A stretch of DNA of 64,000 nt from Octopus vulgaris (lineage: Eukaryota): positions 48,918,001 through 48,982,000 of the forward strand of contig OX597827.1 of the NCBI GenBank assembly GCA_951406725.2. Reading direction: 5' to 3'. The notes under the pieces were generated by a model. It did no database searches. It was not told the origin of the DNA and saw nothing but the letters and a program-made list of their open reading frames with translations. Positions 53,851 to 64,000 of the stretch are shown here, piece after piece. A program made the position numbers and the translations under genes. The stretch's first letter is position 1; the number at the start of each line of letters is the position of its first letter.

Positions 53851-54233
53851 TTGATCATATCAACCGAACGCTCGACTGAGTGCCACTATATCTATCTATC
53901 TATATATCTATCTATCTATCTATCTATATATATATATATACACACATACATATATATATGTGTGTGTGTATATATATATATATATATGCTTATATATGTG
54001 TATGTGTGTGCGTGCGTGCGTGCCTGTGTCTGTATATGTGTTTGCCTGTGTATGTATGTATATTTTAAACTGTATTACATTGGCGTGACCTTTTGTAATA
54101 ACATGTATGACGTATACACAACTGTAGAACGGCAAAAGGTGTAAGAGTTTGATTTTAAGAAACTTTGCACGTATAAACGTTGGAGATGCTATAAACATCG
54201 TTATTTATACACACACAGACATATAAACAGATA

Positions 54234-54310
<77 letters not shown>

Positions 54311-55542
54311 GTATATATATATATGTCTATATGTGTCTGTAAATATATATACATATATTTATATATATGCCTATATGTCTATATTTATATATATGTATAT
54401 CTACATGCATACATGTATACATACATATATGTGTGTGTGTGCGTATGTGTGTGTATGTGTTTGTGTATGTGTGTGTATGTGTGAAGCCGAATAAATATCG
54501 CTCGTTTGAATTTAAAATCATAAATTTTAACACATCGCTTCATTCCTAGTGATTTATCAACTTCCTTTTTCTAGATTTGATGGGATATCTTGTTATGTTT
54601 TACTGTTTGTCCTTTTCCTGTTCTTTTTCGTTTTTCTTTTTTTCTTTTTCTTTTTTTGGTTATGTTCTTTATTCCTTCAATGTTCAAATTTCGAAACGTA
54701 TAATGTCTATTTAACATCTAAAAATAGGTTTTTGTGTGTTTTATGGATTTTTCTAGAATGAACTTAGAACAATACGTTCAGATATAAATGAGTTATTTAT
54801 TAATCCGATATTTTTTTTTTATATACATCAATTTCCGATTATCACTTCACGTGGCTTCATTTGTTGTTTTGGCTGTTGTCATTGCTGTATGTTGCAGTTG
54901 TTGTTGTTGTTGTGTTGTTATTGATGTCGTTGTTTTTGTGGTGGTGGTGGTGGTGGTGATTGATAATGTGGTTTTTGTTGCTTTTTAAATTTTTGTTGTT
55001 TATGATGCTATTCGTGTTTACGTTGTTGTTGTTGTTGTCATTGGTTCGCTAGTTTTTCCTCCATCTCAGCCTTGAGAGAAAGCTGACCTGTAATCGACCA
55101 TCACATAGATTTTACCACACGGAACAAATCATGTGTATGTTTTAACCCCATCTCCCACACTTTATTGAGTTGAAGCTGGTGGCTTGGTGGTTATGGTGTC
55201 GGACTCCTAATCGCATGACTGTGGTTTCGATCCCTGGACCGGGCGAGGCTTTGTGGTCTCGAGCAAAACATTTCATTTCATGTCAACCAAGTCCACTCAG
55301 CTGGCAAAAATGAGTAACGCTGTGACGGAGCAGCATCCCCTCTGCGGGCAATGAATGCCTCACAGAAACCACTCCGATGAGTCTATATGACTCAACAAGT
55401 ATCTTTATTACTTTGTCCCCATTATTGAGACTACAGCATTCGAATGGAAGGCGGGCATTGCTCCTATAGCAAGCGAATCTATTGACAACACAGAGTTACT
55501 CTCAGCGGCTAAATGTATATCATTTCTTTTGTGAAATATATC

Positions 55543-55947
55543 TCTTTCTCTTTTCTCTTTTACTTGTTTCAGTCATTTGACTGCGGCCATGCTGGAGCAC
55601 CGCCTTTAATCGAGCAACTCGACCCCGGGACTTATTCTTTGTAAGCCCAGTACTTATTCTATCGGTCTCTTTTTTGCCGAACCGCGACGTAAACACACCA
55701 GCATCGGTTGTCAAGCGATGCTAGGGGGAGAAACACAGACACACAAACACACACATATATATATATATATATATACATATATAGGACAGGCTTCTTTCAG
55801 TTTCCGTCTACCAAATCCACTCACAAGGCATTGGTCGGCGCGGGGCTATAGCAGAAGACACTTGCCCAAGATGCCACGCAGTGGGACTGAACCCGGAACC
55901 ATGTGGTTGGTTAGCAAGCTACTTACCACACAGCCACTCCTGCGCCT
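55543..55947 (-). mobile_element. SINE family A
   Basis: Full-length match. Confidence 0.85.
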
Positions 55948-56639
55948 GAGATTTTATATGCATGAGATTTTATAAGTAAATATCCCCCTGTTTATTTATT
56001 GATCTTTGTAACTGCATAAATAAAAGAAAAAATGGCATATAAAGTAATGTGGCAACATAACAGTTTTATAAAATAAGGAAAATTCTAGGAGAGTTTCCAA
56101 CATTTCGATCTGTCTTCATAAATAAACAGATGTCGAAAATCGTAAAAAAGATATGAAATAAACTTAGTTTAATTTCCCCTTTCTGACAGTTTTTCACACA
56201 CATGTACGCACGCACACGCACAACACACGCGCATACGTTTATATGTGTGTGTGTGTGTGTGTGTGTCTGCGCGCGCGCGTGTGTCAATGTGTGTGTGTAT
56301 GTATGCATGTATATACATACGTGTATATATATATGTGTGTGTGTGTGTGTGCGTGTGTGTGTGTGTGTATGTATGTAGGTATATATGTACATATATGTCT
56401 ATATGTATGTTTAAAGCTGCAACCACCTATATTAATGCTGCTGTTATTATCAACTATTAATGCAACCTTCAATAATAATACCAATATTAATATCTGTATA
56501 AATATTCAATCGTTAACATTTGCTCCTGACACACACACACACAAAATGAAGTAGATAAAATCCAGACTACATAGAGGTTACTCGGACGCAGTATTTACCC
56601 AAACGTGGGGAAATCCACTCGCTATTCGTCTGGCCAAAT

Positions 56640-57030
56640 GGATGGATGGAAGCACTCCGTCGGTTCAGACGATGAGGGTTCCGGTTGATCCGATCAACGG
56701 AACAGCCTGCTCGTGAAATTAACGTGTAAGTGGCTGAGCACTCCACAGACACGTGTACCCTTAACGTAGTTCTCTGGGATATTCAGCGTGACACAGAGAG
56801 TGACAAGGCCGGCCCTTTGAAATACAGATACAACAGAAACAGGAAGTAAGAGTGAGAGAAAGTTGTGGTGAAAGAGTACAGCAGGGATCACCACCATCTC
56901 CTGCCGGAGCCTTGTGGAGCTTTAGGTGTTTTCGCTCAATAAACACTCACAACGCCTGGTCTGAGAATCGAAACCGCGATCCTACGACCGTAGTCCGCTG
57001 CCCTAACCACTAGGCCATTGCGCCTCCACT
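56640..57030 (-). mobile_element. SINE family B with a long 3' domain
   Basis: Same head as 2491. The 3' domain (GGTACACGTGTCTGTGGAGTGCTCAGCCAC) also occurs at ~9245-9530, 10745-11030, 31270-31510 and 50660-50980. Confidence 0.75.
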
Positions 57031-57461
57031 CTGGCCAAATATACCTTAATCAAATGAAGTATTTCGATCAAATCTCCTGCGATTCCCTGGCAACAATGTA
57101 AACTTTATTTCATTAATGTATATTTGGCCCGACGACTATCTAGCGGTTTATCCGTCCTTTGGGTAATTACTATTTCCGAGGTTCCGATAGTTATGAAGCA
57201 TATGTAACCTAGATTTTAATCCACTCCATTTCCTAATTTTGGATTTTTATTCGCTTACACAGCAACACCACCCGACAACAGTGAACAATAAAGTAACTTT
57301 TTCTATCGCATCGAACTCCGATATGGAAAAAATTTGCAAACTTGTACGTAAATAAATCAAAACTATTCCTGAAAGATTTTGTTTTTCATACATTTTACGG
57401 ACGGCTCGAAATTTCCTATCTTCTTATACCTTGACACTTGGATCTTACCTTTATACATATA

Positions 57462-57857
57462 CTAGCAGTATCGCCCGGCGTTGCTCGGGTTTGTAAGGGA
57501 AATAACTATATAAGCATTTTTAGAGATGTAAAGTATAATAGCCAGCGCAATATGGCTAACCACAAAGGGTGGGTGTTACTGTAGCTTTTTATGTTCTGAG
57601 ATTTAATAATAAATTTTTAGAGAGTCACTTCCCTTATATATGCCAAAATGCATTAAAAATGGGAAAATTGATGGTAAAGTTTTTTTTTAAATCGTAGACT
57701 CATGGTAGACGCGCGCTAATACCCAGAAGGGCTCGATATGAATCACGACTATAAGATACCCGGTTTTGGTTAAACTGCACCGCAAAATGTGGGAGTTGTA
57801 GGAATCTAAATCGTAGGAGACAGACAGCACACAACGTCACTTTTATATATATAAAGA
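57462..57857 (-). mobile_element. Non-autonomous Helitron
   Basis: Same termini and body as 1353-1741. Confidence 0.8.
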
Positions 57858-57894
57858 TATGATTCAACATTTGTATATTGTATATATGTGTATG

Positions 57895-58686
57895 CAGGGT
57901 GCGGTGAATAAACTGTCGTCTAAATTACCCAAAAATGAAAATAACACTAAGAGATATTTTTATCAAAATTACAGAAAAATATCTTGAAATAGTAAAGAGC
58001 AAATTTATTCAATAAAATTGCCATTGGCTTCAAAGGTAACCTCCAGATGACTTCGGAATCTCTTGCGAATCTTCTGAATGATCTTATTTAAGTTGGTGAA
58101 TGCTGTGATAATCCTTGCATTCAGTTCATCTTTAGTGTTACAAGGAGTTTTGTCGGTTACTCGCTCAACTGTTACCCACACATGATAGTCAAGGGGGTTG
58201 CAGTCTACGGAATTATGTGGCCAGATGTTAGGGTTGATATGGTCGTAGAAATTGTCTGACAGCCATGACTTTGTTCTACTTGTGTGGCATGGCGGAGAGT
58301 TCTGTTGCCAGACACTGGATCTTTCAGCAGCCAACCTCTTGACCCAGGGCAGCTCTACCTCTTCCAGGCACATGATGTAGGCCGCCGCGTTAAGACTGAA
58401 GCCATGTGGGGAGATGAATGGAGGTATAACTTCGCCATCGCTAGTGATCACTCCAAATATCATGATGTTGACTGGATGTTTGATTTTATCACTCTCGATA
58501 CATGTCCTCAGGTTGCACTGTCCTCAGATTGACACCGAAACATTCTGAAATGTTCGTATTGAAATGTTCGTATTCTCACATACGGTGCCCATCTGAACTG
58601 TACTGACGGTACTCAACTGAAACTACTGTGTAAAACTACTGCGTGAAATGAAATATGTATAATGGCACCAATTTACCCATCACACC

Positions 58687-58688
<2 letters not shown>
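57895..58688 (-). mobile_element. Internally deleted Tc1/mariner (maT/DD37D-like) transposon
   Basis: Degenerate TIRs CAGGGTG...CACCCTG enclosing a transposase catalytic fragment. Confidence 0.75.
58005..58463 (-). pseudogene. Tc1/mariner-family transposase C-terminal fragment
   Basis: MIFGVITSDG, WQQNSPPCH (QQDxAPxH-like), WPHNSVDCNPLDY, ANGNFIE. Confidence 0.85.
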
Positions 58689-58719
<31 letters not shown>

Positions 58720-58801
58720 CTTGGAAAAGGATGTGTGACGTTCGATCATATATATATGTATGTATGTATATAAACTATAATGATTCAACATATATGCATG
58801 C

Positions 58802-58848
<47 letters not shown>

Positions 58849-60378
58849 TTGTATCGAAAGACTATTCACAGACAAGACGCTGACATGCTCTCTCATCATC
58901 AATTATCGTTAAAAAAGGTGGCGCCCACAGCCACAAGCTGCCGGGAATAAATGAGCGAGCGTAAAGAGCTGTGACGAAGATATACAAACGACATAGGTTC
59001 GAATATAAACATACATGCAAAATATAAGCCTTACGTCTATGAGACAGTATTTAAACAAGACGTGCAGAATTAACGCTAATGGAAAATGATGTCCTATGGG
59101 ATTTGAAAATGAAAGTAGACAGATGGCAATATACAGAGATAGACAGAACGAAAGATGGAAAACAAAGACGAAATTGTGTTGGGCTGAAGGTGAATTCGAT
59201 GCATATACATGTATATACTCACATGCACGTGCATAAATGCTTCTACTACCTATATATATAGAGAAAGTTGTATACATACACATGCACATACGTATATATA
59301 TATATATATACACATACATATATATATATATACATATATATATACATATCGATATATATATATATATACACACACACACATGTAAAAGGTACATGTATTC
59401 ATCTAGAGTATGCATTATTTATGAGTGTTGGACATCAACCACTCATCTACTCTCTAACACACACAAACAACAAATCAATTTAAATTGAATTTTCTATACG
59501 TTTTGTATTGAATTTTTTGTTTTCGTTTTTGCTTTCAGTAAAATGCGTTGTATTTCCTGTAAAAAGAAAATTGTGAACGCATTTCCTGTTCAACGAATGA
59601 AAAGACAGAGAGATAAAGAGACAGACAGATAGACAGAGGGAAAGAGAGTGATGCAGCGAAAAGAAATAGAGAGGGGTTGAGAAGCAAAAAGAAAATTGGA
59701 TCGAGAGACAGAGTAATGGAGAACGTGTGTGACAGGTGTACTGTTAATTATGGATATGTACGAGTAGATGTGGACGCTTTCTTAAAAACATCGTTGAATC
59801 TTTTCTTGGCCTCATTTTGTGAATAATAAAATCAAGAACCAATGCCAATGACAGCTAGTTAAGTGAGTTAGAAGTAACAATACAAAAAACGGAACACGAA
59901 GTCCGGGGCTGACACAGAACTGTTGCACATCTGGCCGTTTCTGATTTGCTTTTTTGTAAAAGAAAAAAAAAAATGGAAAAATTAATGAAAATATATTAAA
60001 CTTTTGCAGAAAGAAAAATCGCTCGCTTCTCCTATTTGTTTTTTTTTTTTTGATATTTTTATTACGTTTATCAAGCTTTCACGTTATGGCAGATAGTGTT
60101 GCATCCTCAGATGTGTTCTGATACTTAAGAAATTTTATGAATTACGTACGCACACGCACACACATACTGTTTCTGATCTCTCTCTTTTTCTCTCAGCTTC
60201 CTCTTTGTCTTAATATATTATATAACTTAATAACATATAATATGATTACCCGAAACTGTGATATCTCGATGGTGTCAATCATCCTACTGGTAGAAACGGC
60301 TAAATCTCATTTAGACCATGTAATTGCTAGTTTGAAGAAAACCAGAACCGTACGTGAAGATATATATAAGAATAAAGC

Positions 60379-60446
<68 letters not shown>

Positions 60447-60457
60447 TTTAATCTTTT

Positions 60458-60659
60458 TTCAGTCATTTGACTGTGGCCATGCTGCAGTACCGCCTTTAGT
60501 CGAGCAAATCGACCCCAGGGCTTATTCTTTGTTAGCCTAGTACTTATTCTATCGGTCTTTTTTGCCGAACCGCTAAATTACGTGAACGTAAACACACCAG
60601 CTTCGGTTGTCAAGTGATGTTGGGGGGCCACAAACACAGACACACAAACATATACACAG

Positions 60660-60704
<45 letters not shown>

Positions 60705-60854
60705 CGACTGGCATTTTTAGTTTACGTCTACCAAATCCATTCAAAAGGCTTTGGTCGACCCGAGGCTATAGTGGAAGACACTTGCCCAAGGTGCCATGCA
60801 GTGGGGCTGAACCCAGAACCATGATTCGTTAGCAAGTTACTTACCACACAGCCA

Positions 60855-60857
<3 letters not shown>
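60458..60857 (-). mobile_element. SINE family A
   Basis: Full-length match. Confidence 0.8.
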
Positions 60858-60910
<53 letters not shown>

Positions 60911-60912
<2 letters not shown>

Positions 60913-61494
60913 TTTAACAATTAAGGATAATCTCTTAATAAGGGATCTTAACAAGAAATTATCGGGTAGTTAGCGTGAAAACCTCATAAAAGAAAAGAAT
61001 TCGAAAATAATTTTTTTCTTTTGAACAAATTAATTATATCTATATTGTATAGAGGGCATTATTACACATAAATGCCTCACACTAAGAGGGACAAAGTCAT
61101 TACTACCAAAATTATACTAATCATACCTAAATGCAGTTTTTCAAAGCAAGACATTTAAAAAATGAATTTAGTTCTGTATCACCGTGATTTCACATTCAAC
61201 TTACGTCTTATGATCTTCAGCAGAACTGATTCTGAACACATCATAAATAAACTACCAACCTTACGTAGCGAAGACGAACAGACAACTGCCCACTCCGGCC
61301 AAGCACATGGAATGTTTATAAATCATATATCCGGTAAATGGCGGGCTTTTTACGAACTGCATGTCGGGTAATGAAAAGTATTTCGGAATAAGTTTAACAA
61401 TTAAGGATAATCTCTTAATAAGGGATCTTAACAAGAAATTATCGGGTAGTTAGCCTCTTAGTGTGAGGCATTTATGTGTAATAATGCCCTCTAT

Positions 61495-61500
<6 letters not shown>
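60911..61500 (-). mobile_element. Second hammerhead-bearing ~480-bp element (retrozyme or Penelope-like pLTR) in (TA)n
   Basis: 64-bp direct repeat 60911-60974 = 61391-61454 (period 480). 61455-61500 is an inverted copy of 61043-61088. (TA)n on both sides. Hammerhead motif on the minus strand. Confidence 0.7.
61170..61227 (-). ncRNA. Type I hammerhead ribozyme motif (stem II base mismatched)
   Basis: Minus strand reads AGTTCTG-CTGAAGA-tcat...atgt-GAAA-TCACGGTGA-TA-CAGAACT. 7-bp stem I, near-palindromic stem III, ATA cleavage triplet. Confidence 0.7.
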
Positions 61501-61590
<90 letters not shown>

Positions 61591-62791
61591 TGTATGTACC
61601 TATGTATTATTTGTTTGTCTAGTTATTTATTGTATGAGTTAATTGTAATTTTTCTTCCACTACAAAACCTCTTTTGAACGCAGCACACACGATACTTTCA
61701 GGAAAATGTATACACTAAAACGTCTTTTCCATACAAAAGGCTCTATGTAAAACGAAATTCTTTTGTTTCCTTCCCTCACTTTTATGTGTGTATTCATACA
61801 CCTATTACCTTCCCAGTGACATAAGTGAATAAATTGAGTAAAATCATTTATTTGCTAAGTTAAAAAATTAAATCTGATTTCTTTAAGCACAAAATATATT
61901 CATCACATGTGCACATTTTCTGGGTATTTTTTATATATACATACATCCCCCTCACACGCAAGCACACACACACATGTTTAATAATTCGAAAATATAATAC
62001 TCATAACAAATAAAAGAGCTACAAAAGATTGCTGAAGATATTTCGTTCCCCCAACCCACCACTTGTACACTGTTATATTTTGATTATGCTCCCTTAAAAT
62101 GTTATTTACAATAACACCTGACAAATAACAAACAAGGAAAAGGAAGACGTATTAAAGGGTCCACGGGGAACATGTAAATACTAAACAAACTAACTTGAAA
62201 CCATCGCTATTCTACACATTGAAAAACGTGATAAATAATATAAACAGGAAACTGAATCAATGGAATACAACGAAGGACTTGTGAGGAACGTCGTAAAGCG
62301 ACCTTAATGAGATCACGCTATGGAATTTTATCCAAACTTTGTGAGAACGAGAAAATGGTGGTTTTTCAAAATACAAGCTGTCGATACAATGCTCCAATTC
62401 ATATTGGTTGCGTGGATTAAAATATAATTAGATGTTACAGTGGAATCCCGAAGGAAAGAAACAACATTTGCAAGTGTTGCACGTATAATATTGAGCCCCC
62501 TTAGACGCTTCTATGAGGTCATACAACCTACTAGAAATATGAGAATTTTCAAAATCTCCTTCACATAATGCCCCAATATAAAAACGGAGGTGTTAATGTA
62601 ATGGTATGCTGTTTGGGTACAAGGTCTGTAATATGGAGAGTAGTGTGTTGGTCAATATCATCGAATCTGGAGGTATTAAATATGAATTTGACATTAATGG
62701 AATTTGAACTCTGAGCTTAAAGAGCGAAAGTAGCAAAACATTGTTTTTTCGGCGTCCTAACGATTCTGCCAATCCACCATCCAGGAAACTA

Positions 62792-63380
62792 AGGCGGCGA
62801 GCTGGCAGAAACGTTAGCACGCCGGGTGAAATGCTTTGCGGTATTTCGTCTGCAGCTACGTTCTGAGTTCAAATTCCGCCGAGGTCAACTTTGCCTTTCA
62901 TCCTTTCGGGGTCGATTAAATAAGTACCAGTTACTCACTAGGGTCGATATAATCGACTTAATCCGTTTGTCTGTCCTTGTTTGTCCTCTCTGTATTTAGC
63001 CCCTTGTGGGTAGTAAAGAAATAGGTATTTCGCCTGCCGTTACGTTCTGAGTTCAAATTCCGCCGAGGTCGACTTTGCCTTTCATCCTTTCGGGGTCGAT
63101 AAATCAAGTACCAGTTACGCAGTGGTGTCGATATAATCGACTTAATCCGTTAGTCTGTCCTTGTTTGTCTTTTCTTTGTTTAGCCCCTTGTGGGCAATAA
63201 AGAAATAGGTACTTCGTCTGCCGTTACGTTCTGAGTTCAAATTCCACCGAGGTCGACTTTGCCTTTCATCCTTTCGGGGTCGATAAAATAAGTACCAGTT
63301 GAACACTGGGGTCGATCTAATCGACTGTCCCTCTCCCCATCTCCCAAATGTCTGGCCTTGTACCTAGAATAGAATAGAAT
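62792..63380 (+). mobile_element. tRNA-derived SINE family C with a triplicated body (~184-bp period)
   Basis: Head GGCGGCGAGCTGGCAGAA...GAGTTCAAATTCC. Body GCCTTTCATCCTTTCGGGGTCGAT repeated, with units starting near 62840, 63025 and 63208. Confidence 0.8.
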
Positions 63381-64000
63381 CCACTATCCATGAAACTTCG
63401 GATAGTAATGTTAAATATTACACACTGTCTAATTGAGGAACGCTGGTCGTATTTGAAATGTCTTTGAACATAAGTCTATCTCATAACAGCGGATTCGGAG
63501 ATAAATAACAACAGCAAGAACAATAACTTCCACATCATCAACAACAACCATATGTATGTGTGTGTGTGTGTGTGTGTGTACTAAACAGCCATGTTATAAG
63601 CCAGCAGACACTATGAGCATAAAGAGTCACATGAGAGATATGGAAATGACAAAAAAAAATACCGTTGTATCACAGTGAACAAAGGAACGAAAATACAAAT
63701 ATATTGACAATAGTGTATTGCTTAATAATGATTTCTAACATAGACACAAAACTGCAAATTACAGGGGAAAGAGCAATTGATCACATAAGCTGAAGTTTTG
63801 GAATTGTATTTATTTATTGTTTGCGAAACGATGAAATGGAATTTGACCTCTGCAGGTTTTTAAATGGAAACGTTGAGCGGCGTGAATATTTTCAAGCAAA
63901 TAATCTGTCGCTCACTAGAAATAATTCTTTTTCTTTCTAATTTTCGATTAAATACAGCACTTTTGAAGGGAAGAGAAAGTTAATTACATCGACCCCAGCA

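Overview
AT-rich, microsatellite-saturated eukaryotic DNA. The SINE and microsatellite content looks like an octopus/cephalopod genome (inference). No host protein-coding gene is recognisable, and most listed ORFs are translations of simple repeats. Main content: (i) a near-complete Tx1-clade LINE (38.97-44.2 kb) in tandem with an ORF1-only relative, both at the same ACCTGGARGAAA site inside an older ORF1 fragment, which itself lies within a Helitron-like shell; (ii) 5'-truncated Tx1 copies flanked by (GATA)n; (iii) several tRNA-derived SINE families, non-autonomous Helitrons, a solo LTR with a 4-bp TSD, mariner/maT relics and MITEs; (iv) most notably, non-coding ~480-bp repeat units in (TA)n tracts that carry type I hammerhead ribozyme motifs. 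These are an intact 484-bp tandem array at 51.0-52.3 kb with one hammerhead per unit, a second family at 60.9-61.5 kb and a minimal hammerhead at 14.9 kb, i.e. candidate retrozymes that could produce circular RNAs. All calls come from manual reading; no searches or folding programs were run.
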